Assembly: GCA_965204215.1 (NCBI GenBank)
Contig: CBDBDZ010000014.1
Coordinates: 165,252-229,251, forward strand
Direction: 5' to 3'
Length of the DNA stretch: 64,000 bases
DNA from: Pseudomonadales bacterium
GTDB taxonomy: Bacteria > Pseudomonadota > Gammaproteobacteria > Pseudomonadales > GM7GCV1
Positions 51,276-60,135 of this stretch are shown here, one piece after another. The first letter of the stretch is position 1; every line of letters begins with the position of its first letter. Position numbers and translations under genes: made by a program. Under the pieces are notes generated by a model. That model did no database searches and was not told where the DNA came from. It saw only the letters and a program-made list of their open reading frames with translations.

Positions 51276-52370
51276 ATGAAAATAACACATACCGAAATTT
51301 GGGTTAACAGAACTAATTATCACAACACTCGCAGTGTAGAATTACCACAACCTCAATTGGCGGAAGGTGAAATATATGTCGCCATCGACAAATTTGCTTT
51401 AACTGCCAACAATGTCACTTATGCTGTCTCTGGTGATATGATTGGTTATTGGAACTATTTTCCCACTAATGAAGAAGACTGGGGTAAAGTCACCGTGTGG
51501 GGCATGGGTGACGTTATCGAAAGCAAGCACCCTGATATTGCAGTGGGGGAGCGTATTTACGGCTTTTTTCCTATGGCTAGCCATCTTGTGATGTTACCAG
51601 GTGGTGTTAAAGAGCAATCTTTTTTTGATGATTATGAACATCGGCGTCAATTGCCAGCACTTTACAATCGTTACAATCGCTGCCAGGCTGAACCCGAAAT
51701 GATGCATGAACTGGAAGATATGCGTTGCATTTTATTCCCTCTATACATGACAGGCTATATTATCGCTGATTTTTTATACAGCAATGATTACTTTGATGCC
51801 GAGCAAATTATTATCAGTTCTGTATCGTCTAAAACGGGTTACAGCCTTGCGGCTTTTTTACGTGAAAATAACTATAGTGGGCGAATTATTGGGCTTACTT
51901 CCCCCAGCAATGTTGATTTTGTTAAAAGCCTTACCTTCTGTGACCAGGTTGTTACTTATGATTACGCCAATTCAGTGGCTAATTTACCGTCAGTATATGT
52001 TGATATGTCTGGAGATAAATCGGTATTGTCAGCGCTGCACCACCATTTGGGTGATAACATGAAATCCAGTCAAATTGTTGGTGCCACTCATTGGAAAAGT
52101 TTTAATGAAAAAGTTGTATTGCCTGGAGCCAGACCAACACTTTTTTTCGCGCCCGCACAAATTGACAAACGCAATAAAGAGTGGGGTCCTCAAGTATTAA
52201 CAGAAAAGGGGTTTACAGCTACCGTACGATTATCGTCCAAACTGAAACAGTTAATTGAAACGGAATATCATCAAGGCGTGGAGGCAATAGAAATGCTGTG
52301 GCGAGCATTGCTGGATAATGCAGTGTCTGGCAAACGCGGTATTATGGCATCGTTAAAAGAAGGCTATTAA
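51276..52370 (+). CDS. DUF2855-family protein
   Basis: FALTANNVTYA, GYWNYFP, VGERIYGFFPMA and SSVSSKTG motifs. Confidence 0.8.
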   Translation: MKITHTEIWVNRTNYHNTRSVELPQPQLAEGEIYVAIDKFALTANNVTYAVSGDMIGYWNYFPTNEEDWGKVTVWGMGDVIESKHPDIAVGERIYGFFPMASHLVMLPGGVKEQSFFDDYEHRRQLPALYNRYNRCQAEPEMMHELEDMRCILFPLYMTGYIIADFLYSNDYFDAEQIIISSVSSKTGYSLAAFLRENNYSGRIIGLTSPSNVDFVKSLTFCDQVVTYDYANSVANLPSVYVDMSGDKSVLSALHHHLGDNMKSSQIVGATHWKSFNEKVVLPGARPTLFFAPAQIDKRNKEWGPQVLTEKGFTATVRLSSKLKQLIETEYHQGVEAIEMLWRALLDNAVSGKRGIMASLKEGY

Positions 52371-52484
52371 CCTGGCAATAAAATATCGCTCCTGCGTATT
52401 TCAATGGTTAGCGACCGAGCTATCGCTCGTCGGGGGGCACTTCCTTGTGCCACATATTAGTTCGGTATTTTCATGCCGAATTAA
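52367..52484 (+). repeat. MITE-D, short form
   Basis: TTAACCTGGCAATAAAATATCG...CGGTATTTTCATGCCGAATTAA. The left TTAA overlaps the stop of the upstream gene. Confidence 0.9.
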
Positions 52485-52508
52485 TAACAACAATATTAAT
52501 TTTATTTT

Positions 52509-53444
52509 ATGATTTTGGTATTTGCGCTATTACTGGCGTATATTATTGGTTATCTTGCTCAATCTGCAGGTATTTGTTTGGTCAGAGGAGTGCATTTGGC
52601 GAGAGCAAAAAAACCATCTTTCTTAGTGGCTATACTACTGGCAGGTACATGGACCTGGATTGCCTTAGCCATTGTTGACTATACAGAAGGTAGGCACCAC
52701 TACCAACTTTTTCCCCTGCAAGCGTCGTTTATCATTGGTGGATTTATTTTTGGAATAGGGGCAACTATTAACGGCGCTTGCTCTATCGGGACAATCAATC
52801 AATTTGCCAGAGGCAACAGTACCATGCTGTTTACTTTATGTGGTTGGGCATTGGGAGGTATTATTATGCTGTACTTTCACCAATATTTAGAAAACGATTT
52901 TTCTGAATTAGCCATTCCTTATGGCGATCCATTAAAATATTCAAAATCACATATGATGGTACTATTTAGTTTGTCGGTTATTGGTGTCGTCTGGGTGCTG
53001 TTTAACGACAATAAAAAGGCACTGCTTTTAATCGCACTGCTCGGCGTGCTGTCCGAATGTATTTTTTTAATAGAACCGCAGTGGACACCCAGCGACTTTA
53101 CCATTGGCATTAGTTATGCTTATTTTTTTGATTCGGTAGCGTTACCCTCATTTCAACGCCTGGCAATTTTCGGTTTTGTTATCCTGGGTATGATGGCGGT
53201 AGCCATTCGTTCTAAAATGTTTCAATTACAACTGCCGAAAATAACCAGTGCAGGAAACAGCTTGTTTGGCGGGCTATTAATGGGTGTTGGGGGTTTTATG
53301 GCTTTGGGTGGAAACGACAAACAACTATTAATTATGTTACCAACATTTTCATTGAGCAGCTTGTTGACACTTTTAAGCATGTTACTGGGGATATATGTGG
53401 CTTTGGTCATTTCAGACAGAATTAATCCTAGCCAAGGCAATTAA
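52509..53444 (+). CDS. YeeE/YedE-family (sulfur-compound) transporter
   Basis: Multi-TM protein with GICLVRG, GGFIFGIGATINGACSIG and GGLLMGVGG..ALGGN motifs. Confidence 0.8.
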   Translation: MILVFALLLAYIIGYLAQSAGICLVRGVHLARAKKPSFLVAILLAGTWTWIALAIVDYTEGRHHYQLFPLQASFIIGGFIFGIGATINGACSIGTINQFARGNSTMLFTLCGWALGGIIMLYFHQYLENDFSELAIPYGDPLKYSKSHMMVLFSLSVIGVVWVLFNDNKKALLLIALLGVLSECIFLIEPQWTPSDFTIGISYAYFFDSVALPSFQRLAIFGFVILGMMAVAIRSKMFQLQLPKITSAGNSLFGGLLMGVGGFMALGGNDKQLLIMLPTFSLSSLLTLLSMLLGIYVALVISDRINPSQGN

Positions 53445-53549
53445 GCTTGTGTTTAGCACAGATTATGCATGTCTGTGATAAACTGGTGGGGTCAAGCTAA
53501 AGCCTGATATCATATCAGGCTCCGAAATTATCATTACAAGTTATGCACC

Positions 53550-54665
53550 ATGAAAAATAAATATTGTACTCTATTGTTGATTGCCATTTTCATTATACTG
53601 GCTAGCTTTCAAACACATTCTAAAGAACAAAATTATCAATTAACAACCCTGGCAGAAGGTTTAAATTACCCCTGGTCTATAGCGTTTTTACCCAATGGTG
53701 ATTTTCTGCTTTCCATGCGCAGTGGTGAATTGCGGATACTATCTGTCGGTGGAGAGGTGAGTGAGCCCATTGCCAATACCCCCGAAGCCTATGTCAGAAG
53801 CCAGGGAGGTTATTTTGATGTTGTATTAGATCCAAACTTTTCCAAAAATCAAACACTCTATCTCGCGTTTGCTTATGGCTTACCCAAGGCCAATGCCACA
53901 CGTATTATTCGAGCCAAATTGGTCGATAATCGTTTAGAAAATGTTCAACCCATATTTACAGTTAACCCGACTAAAAAGACAGCGGCACATTATGGCGGTC
54001 GTATGGTATTCCTGAATGATGGAACACTATTGCTAACCACTGGAGATGGGTTTCAACAGCGAGAAAGCTCTCAAGATGCATCCACTCAACTGGGTAAAAT
54101 TGTCCGTATTAACAGCGATGGCAGTACGCCTGAGGATAACCCATTTGTGGGTGCTAAAGGCAGTGATGACAAAATTTATAGTTTAGGTCATCGCAGTCCT
54201 CAAGGACTGGCTTATGATAGCAAAAATAATATTGTTTACGCACATGAACATGGACCTAAAGGTGGTGATGAGGTAAATATTATTCAAGCAGGTGAAAATT
54301 ACGGTTGGCCCGTTGTAACTCATGGCGTTAACTATTCAGGGGCAATTATCTCGCCATATAAATCGTTAAAAGGTTTCGCTGACCCAATAAAAGTATGGGT
54401 GCCAAGCGTTGCCCCTTCGGGCTTAGCTTATTATGATGCCGATGCCTTCCCCAACTGGCAAGGGAGTTTATTTGTAGGTACCTTAGTCAACCACGATGTA
54501 CGCAGACTAGAATTAAAAGCTGGAAAAGTCACCGAAGAAGAAATATTATTTGCAGAAATTGACGAACGTATTCGCGATATAAAAGTCGGGTTGGATGGAC
54601 TTCTCTATATTCTGACAGACTCGAAGGAAGGTAAGGTTATAAGGGTGGAGCCTCAAGCCAAGTGA
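53550..54665 (+). CDS. PQQ-dependent sugar dehydrogenase (GSDH/YliI-like)
   Basis: PWSIAFLP, HYGGRM, YSLGHRSPQG and HEHGPKGGDEVN motifs. Confidence 0.9.
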   Translation: MKNKYCTLLLIAIFIILASFQTHSKEQNYQLTTLAEGLNYPWSIAFLPNGDFLLSMRSGELRILSVGGEVSEPIANTPEAYVRSQGGYFDVVLDPNFSKNQTLYLAFAYGLPKANATRIIRAKLVDNRLENVQPIFTVNPTKKTAAHYGGRMVFLNDGTLLLTTGDGFQQRESSQDASTQLGKIVRINSDGSTPEDNPFVGAKGSDDKIYSLGHRSPQGLAYDSKNNIVYAHEHGPKGGDEVNIIQAGENYGWPVVTHGVNYSGAIISPYKSLKGFADPIKVWVPSVAPSGLAYYDADAFPNWQGSLFVGTLVNHDVRRLELKAGKVTEEEILFAEIDERIRDIKVGLDGLLYILTDSKEGKVIRVEPQAK

Positions 54666-54675
54666 CATTGCATAG

Positions 54676-54842
54676 TTAACCTGGCAATAAAATACCGCTC
54701 CTGCGTATTTTATTGCTCACCCTTGAAATACTGGCGAAAATATACGAATTTCTTGTATTTCAAGGGTTCGTGACCGAGCTATCGCTCGTCAGTGGCACTT
54801 CCTTGTGCCACATATTTGTTCGGTATTTTCATGCCGAATTAA
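54676..54842 (+). repeat. MITE-D, long form
   Basis: Same ends as 52367-52484, plus an internal hairpin CCCTTGAAATAC...GTATTTCAAGGG. Confidence 0.9.
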
Positions 54843-54846
54843 TAAT

Positions 54847-54996
54847 CCCAAATTATGCATTAGAAATCTATTACACACAATAATGACTTCAAAAACAGGC
54901 GCTTGCTCGAAAAATAATACTCACCATAGGGTGGCTATGCCTGCGTTTATTGTTCTTGCGCGAGCACCTGTTCTCATTGTCATTTTTGTGTTCATT
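54847..54996 (+). repeat. MITE-C copy with a divergent right end
   Basis: Matches 58654-58803, then diverges (CCATTGATTGCTAAAGCCTGCCAGAATTAA). Confidence 0.88.
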
Positions 54997-55121
54997 CCAT
55001 TGATTGCTAAAGCCTGCCAGAATTAAACAATTTGCACAAGGCGTTTTGAATAAATTTGACAACTACCTTAAAACAAGTAGACTGGAGCTTGTTAAAGTAG
55101 TCAAATAAAGAGGTATATATC

Positions 55122-56162
55122 ATGACTGAGGTGTCAGAAAGCAAAGCGAGGTACCCATTTAAGTTCACTGGAAATGGAGCAGCTTATTTTAAAATATGGA
55201 TTGTTAATACCCTGTTAACAATTGTTACGTTTACTTTATATGCGCCATGGGCAAAGGTGCGAAAGTATCGGTATTTATATGGCAATACCTATTTAGATGA
55301 CCATTCATTTGATTACACTGCCAACCCAATTCAATTGTTAAAGGGAAGATTAATCGGAATGGCTTTGTTTATGATTTACCTTGGTGCAAGTTATTACTCT
55401 CTATCTTTGTCCATAATTGTCGCTTTTATTTTGATGGCATTGTCCCCGATATTGATTTATTTTAGTTTGCGTTTTAACGCAAGATATAGCGAATATAGAG
55501 GTCAGAACTTTAATTTTAAGGGGACAGTGGCAGATTCATTTATTGTCAATTTTGGCTACGTTTTTATCTCAATTTTGACATTAGGCATTTTATTTCCATT
55601 GGCATTAAAGAAATTGCATCACTACATTTATAACAATCACAGCTATGGTGGTAAAAGTTTTGAATTCGTTGCAAAAACATCAACTTATTATAAAATATTT
55701 TTTATAGCCTGGTTAATATTGATGTCAACCATCGTTGTTGGAATTCTGCTGGCTCAATTTTATTCCAGTTTTGACATGACAAATATTGACCTTGGTTCTA
55801 AAAATAATATGATTTTCACTGTCATATTATATGCTTCATTTATATTGCCAGGCATTTTAATGAGTGGTTTACTTTATAGACTGATTTTTAATAGTATCTC
55901 TGTTGAAAATGATAGTCACCAGTTTAAGTGCGATTTATCGTTGTGGCGATGGGTATATATAGGCACGACCAACCTGATGTTGTTAGTGATAACCCTAGGG
56001 TTTTATATGCCTTGGGCAACGGTCAGGGTAGCTAAATATAAGGCTCAATGTACCAGTGTATATGGTACAACACTTAACGACTTCATAGCGCAAGCGCAAA
56101 ATGAGGAAGATGCTACTGCTACGGAAATTTCAGATGTTTTTGATATGGATATCAGCGTATAG
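55122..56162 (+). CDS. YjgN (DUF898) family membrane protein
   Basis: FTGNGAAYFKIWIVNTLLTIVTF..YAPWAKVR and TLGFYMPWA motifs. Confidence 0.9.
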   Translation: MTEVSESKARYPFKFTGNGAAYFKIWIVNTLLTIVTFTLYAPWAKVRKYRYLYGNTYLDDHSFDYTANPIQLLKGRLIGMALFMIYLGASYYSLSLSIIVAFILMALSPILIYFSLRFNARYSEYRGQNFNFKGTVADSFIVNFGYVFISILTLGILFPLALKKLHHYIYNNHSYGGKSFEFVAKTSTYYKIFFIAWLILMSTIVVGILLAQFYSSFDMTNIDLGSKNNMIFTVILYASFILPGILMSGLLYRLIFNSISVENDSHQFKCDLSLWRWVYIGTTNLMLLVITLGFYMPWATVRVAKYKAQCTSVYGTTLNDFIAQAQNEEDATATEISDVFDMDISV

Positions 56163-56173
56163 CCAAGATTAGA

Positions 56174-57214
56174 ATGATTAAAGGAACATATTTTGATGGC
56201 ATTTCGTCCAATGCGATAGAAGGTTCTGTCAAAATAGATGATCTAATGGTGATTGTCGAGAATGCCAACGAACAGGAAATTCTTAAAGCGCCTATAGAAT
56301 CACTTAAATTTTTAAATGCTGTTGGCAATATTCCCTGCAAAATCATCTTCAAAGATAGACAGCAATTCGTCACGCACGAGACAGCCAAATTTCAAGCACT
56401 AACACGCAGCTTAAATGTAAGTGGTTTTGAGCGGAGTATGCGGTTTTTAGAGCAAAGTAAATTTACTGTTCTGACCTGTTTGTTGTTAATTGTTTCCGTT
56501 CTACTATTTACAACTTTAGTGGGTATTCCCAAATTATCAAGATACATTGCGGAAAATGTTAATAGCGATGTGTTAATTAGAAGTAGTGAAGAAACACTTT
56601 GGGCACTGGATAGATTTTTTAAGCCCTCAGAATTATCAGAACAACGCATTCATCAGTTGCGACGTTATTTTAAAGAATACGACCCACTATATGTTAAAGA
56701 AGGTTATTCTGTAGAATTTCGCAAAGCAAAATATGCTAACGCTTTTGCACTGCCTAACGGTACCATAGTATTTACCGATAAACTGGTAAATATGAGCGAG
56801 AATGATGAAGAGCTTCTAGCCATATACTTTCATGAACAAGGTCATGTATACCACCGACATGGACTAATTAACCTGGTTCAATCAGCAATGTGGAGTATAG
56901 TATTGGCTTTTATGCTGACAGATTTTGCGTCGGTGTCTGACTTGGTAGTAAACTTGCCACTAACATTGTCGTTTGCTGCAAATTCGCGAGAACTGGAAAT
57001 ACAGGCAGATGAATATGCTTACAATAAGCTTATTGAACATAACATTTCCACAGAGCGTTTTTCGACCATTATGGAAAAATTAACACAAGCCTTTAAAGAA
57101 GGAGCAGGCAAGAATGAAGGCAGTAAAAAGTCAGTTCATCACTATTTTTCTACTCACCCACCTAGCGCCGAAAGAATAGAGCGGTTTCGTCTGAAACCGC
57201 TAAATAGCGGTTAG
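56174..57214 (+). CDS. M48-family metallopeptidase (usual YjgN partner)
   Basis: NAFALPNG, HEQGH zincin motif, ELEIQAD and FSTHP. Confidence 0.9.
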   Translation: MIKGTYFDGISSNAIEGSVKIDDLMVIVENANEQEILKAPIESLKFLNAVGNIPCKIIFKDRQQFVTHETAKFQALTRSLNVSGFERSMRFLEQSKFTVLTCLLLIVSVLLFTTLVGIPKLSRYIAENVNSDVLIRSSEETLWALDRFFKPSELSEQRIHQLRRYFKEYDPLYVKEGYSVEFRKAKYANAFALPNGTIVFTDKLVNMSENDEELLAIYFHEQGHVYHRHGLINLVQSAMWSIVLAFMLTDFASVSDLVVNLPLTLSFAANSRELEIQADEYAYNKLIEHNISTERFSTIMEKLTQAFKEGAGKNEGSKKSVHHYFSTHPPSAERIERFRLKPLNSG

Positions 57215-58551
57215 TTATCGTCACTAATATTTGTGTTGGGTTGCATCTTTATTGGCAACCCATCTTTAGGCATAGTCAAGGGAGCAAGTGAAAAATCACA
57301 GTTGTAGTGTTCATCAAATTTCCAATGAAAGCGGCGTAAAGCACTTGTCATAATTAAACGCATTTCCATTTCTGCGAACATATAACCAACACAGTGATGT
57401 TGTCCCGCGCCAAAAGGAGCATAGGCATGTGGGCAGCGCGATTGTTCTTTGCGTTCAAAACGCTGGGGGTCAAAACGCATGGGGTCACTCCATATTTCCT
57501 CAAGGTAGTGACTGTGCTGTAATACCACAGAAACATTAGTGTTCTCAGGAATGTCGTAACCATTGTAATGGATAGGGCATTGAGTAAAGCGCGGCAGTGT
57601 TATAAGCGGAGGGTGCATACGCAGTACCTCGCTAATGGTATTATTGAGTTTGGGGTATTGCGATAATGCAATCACTTCATTTTGGTTGGAATGAATAGGT
57701 GTTTCCAGAATCTCTTGTCTAACGCTCTGCTGCCAGTTGGTATTTTTGCCCATTTCATAAATCCAGCTGGTTGTGGCACTGGCGGTGGTGTCGTGTGCGG
57801 CCATCAAAATAAAAATTAAATGGTCAATCACTTGCTGGTCGTCAAATTGATCACCTTCTTCACTTTTGGCATGACAGAGCATACTAAATAAATCCTTACC
57901 GGGATTCTGGCGTTTTTGCTCAATCACCTCCATGAAATATGTGACTAAAAATTGCCGCGCCTTAAGTCCTTTGCCATAAGTGGTAAAAGGTAAGTTGATT
58001 GGAATAGCGAGCGCCGCTTTAACAATATCCACAATCGCAGAGTTTACTTTGTTGACATCATCTTTAAAATCGATGCCAAAAAATACCGTACCAGCTACCT
58101 GTAGTGTAAGGGACTTAAGCGCATCAAAAACCCGAAATTCAGGTTGTTGTTCCCAAATATCCAATTCACGGTCAACAATGGGCTTCATCAATTCTAAATA
58201 TCCTTGCATTGGAGCTTTGGTGAAAGCTTGACGAATAATGTTGCGGTGATATTTATGCTTGTCACCGTCCATTAACATCAAACCATTTGGAAACAATTTC
58301 CCAAGGGGAAGTTGCCAGGCTTCTTTACTGGTGACATTGCCGACGTTATCCACAAGCAAAAACTTGTGTGCACCAGGTCCCAGCAATGTCACGCGCTCAT
58401 TATTTAAGTATTGGCTTCTATAAACCTTGCCGTATTGTTTTTCATAAGTTGATACCAACTGCATCGGATCTTCGAGGAACTGAAATAGTATACCAATAAT
58501 CGGAAGTCCTTTGTCTCCAGGAATATGTGTGAGAGAGTTTTTCTTAGTCAT
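57211..58551 (-). CDS. Cytochrome P450
   Basis: I-helix AAHDTT, EVLR (ExxR), DPQRF and heme-binding FGAGQHHCVG. Confidence 0.93.
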   Translation of the reverse strand: MTKKNSLTHIPGDKGLPIIGILFQFLEDPMQLVSTYEKQYGKVYRSQYLNNERVTLLGPGAHKFLLVDNVGNVTSKEAWQLPLGKLFPNGLMLMDGDKHKYHRNIIRQAFTKAPMQGYLELMKPIVDRELDIWEQQPEFRVFDALKSLTLQVAGTVFFGIDFKDDVNKVNSAIVDIVKAALAIPINLPFTTYGKGLKARQFLVTYFMEVIEQKRQNPGKDLFSMLCHAKSEEGDQFDDQQVIDHLIFILMAAHDTTASATTSWIYEMGKNTNWQQSVRQEILETPIHSNQNEVIALSQYPKLNNTISEVLRMHPPLITLPRFTQCPIHYNGYDIPENTNVSVVLQHSHYLEEIWSDPMRFDPQRFERKEQSRCPHAYAPFGAGQHHCVGYMFAEMEMRLIMTSALRRFHWKFDEHYNCDFSLAPLTMPKDGLPIKMQPNTNISDDN

Positions 58552-58653
58552 CAAACAGCATTTAAAAAATTTATTTATAACTTCAATCAATAAATCGGTT
58601 AAAAAAATCAACTTGAACCCAGATTATACAACAGAAAAGACCATTGCATTAAT

Positions 58654-58827
58654 CCCAAATTATGCATTAGGAATCTATTACACACAATAATGACTTCAAA
58701 AACAGGCGCTTGCTCGAAAAATAATACTCACCATAGGGTGGCTATGCCTGCGTTTATTGTTCTTGCGCGAGCACCTGTTTTCATTGCCATTTTTGTGTTC
58801 ATTACGAAGTCTAATGCATAATCTGGG
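58654..58827 (+). repeat. MITE-C, full copy (174 bp)
   Basis: IR CCCA(A/G)ATTATGCATTAG; TTAAT on both flanks. Preceded by a MITE-B terminus (58638-58653). Confidence 0.92.
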
Positions 58828-58839
58828 TTAATATGGCAA

Positions 58840-58989
58840 GTGAATAGCTATTTTAATGTCAATTATATTGAAACACCGCATGGCGTTTTAGTAACGCCTT
58901 ATGATCCTGAATTTGCAGCGGCTATGAACGCCGCTGATGAAGTGATTAATCGCGATAGAGACGCATTAAAAGCATTAGCTAAACAATGA
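58840..58989 (+). pseudogene. C-terminal relic of an AbrB/MazE-type Doc antitoxin
   Basis: ETPHGVLVTPYDPEFAAAMNAADEVINRDRDALKALAKQ-stop, with an ATGA overlap with doc. The AbrB N-terminus is absent. Confidence 0.75.
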
Positions 58990-59378
58990 TAGAGCCAATT
59001 TGGCTGACAACTAAACAAATAATAGCTTTTAATGAAAAACTTATTGCTCTTTACAGTGGTTTGGATTCTGGTCTCCGAGACGAGAATTTATTAAGTGCGG
59101 CCATTGCTCGTCCACAACAAAAGTATGCATTTAATGAGAACATATCACTTTACGAATTAGCTGCCAGCTACGCTTTTGGAATTAGCAAAGTGCATACCTT
59201 TGCCGATGGCAATAAATGCACTGCTTATGTTTCTGTTTATGTGTTTCTTAGACTTAATGGGGAACTGTGCTCACCTCCTCAAATAGAAATCGTAAGAAAC
59301 ATGGTGCGTCTTGCAAGTGATGGAATAAACGAAAAAGGTTTTGCTAAATGGCTTAAAATTTACAGCAAACAATTTTAA
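58986..59378 (+). CDS. Doc/Fic-family toxin, probably inactive
   Basis: GLRDENLLSAAIARP; the Fic motif reads HTFADGNKC instead of HxFxDGNKR. Confidence 0.85.
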   Translation: MIEPIWLTTKQIIAFNEKLIALYSGLDSGLRDENLLSAAIARPQQKYAFNENISLYELAASYAFGISKVHTFADGNKCTAYVSVYVFLRLNGELCSPPQIEIVRNMVRLASDGINEKGFAKWLKIYSKQF

Positions 59379-59741
59379 ATTTGAATCAAAGCAAATTGTT
59401 GTAAATTACATTCTACAAAACAATACTTTCAGTTAATTATATAACTTTATGTTAAACAGCATGTAAAAATGCAAAAACAAGCCTTTTAAACCGCCTTTTC
59501 CATGCTGTTTCCATATTTTGGGCGCAATTGTCTTGTGCTAATTGGTTCATTGATTTTGAAGCAACACCATAAGCTCGCTTAAGATTGGTATAATGTCTCA
59601 GTGCTAATGATTCTGCTAGGGCTTTGACTTTGTTCTGCTGGAAAATATTTGTACAAATAGTCAATTTTGCTGTTGTCTACAGACGGTAGATAGTCTAGTA
59701 TGAGTAATGATTATTTTTTATAAAAAGAGAGTGAAGTATCA

Positions 59742-60068
59742 ATGAAAAAGTTTTTGATGATTTTATTTATTCTTGCAGTTTCCCAATTAGTGATTGCATC
59801 AAATAATACTCCCAATGGCACAGTTAACAGAATTCATTTTTGGCAAGGACATTCAGGAGCATTAATCACTCACGAATATACACTAAATCCTGACAATTGC
59901 GCTAGGCAAGATGCTTATATCTTAAAGCAAAGCCACCCTTTCTTTAGTGAATTATATTCCTTGATATTAGCTGCCCATATGAGTAACAAGCGAGTTCAAC
60001 TTAGTCTGAGTGACTGTCATGAGGGATTCCCTGTTATAGTGCATATTTACAGCTATAAAAGTAGTTAA
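59742..60068 (+). CDS. Small secreted hypothetical protein
   Basis: MKK signal peptide, two Cys in the mature region, and a purine-rich RBS region. Confidence 0.65.
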   Translation: MKKFLMILFILAVSQLVIASNNTPNGTVNRIHFWQGHSGALITHEYTLNPDNCARQDAYILKQSHPFFSELYSLILAAHMSNKRVQLSLSDCHEGFPVIVHIYSYKSS

Positions 60069-60135
60069 GAATTTTCATATAAAGACTTTTGATATTCTTA
60101 TTCAAAGATAGGGAATAGTATGAAAAAACATTACG

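Noticed and set aside
54805-55026. Short ORFs 52445-52678, 54805-55026, 30272-30475 and 8509-8691
   Set aside because: They arise from MITE, IS-end or att sequence, or overlap real genes, so they are probably spurious.
59452-59664. 70-aa minus-strand ORF
   Set aside because: It has a weak start, no recognisable motif and no RBS. It may be a gene fragment but I cannot support that.
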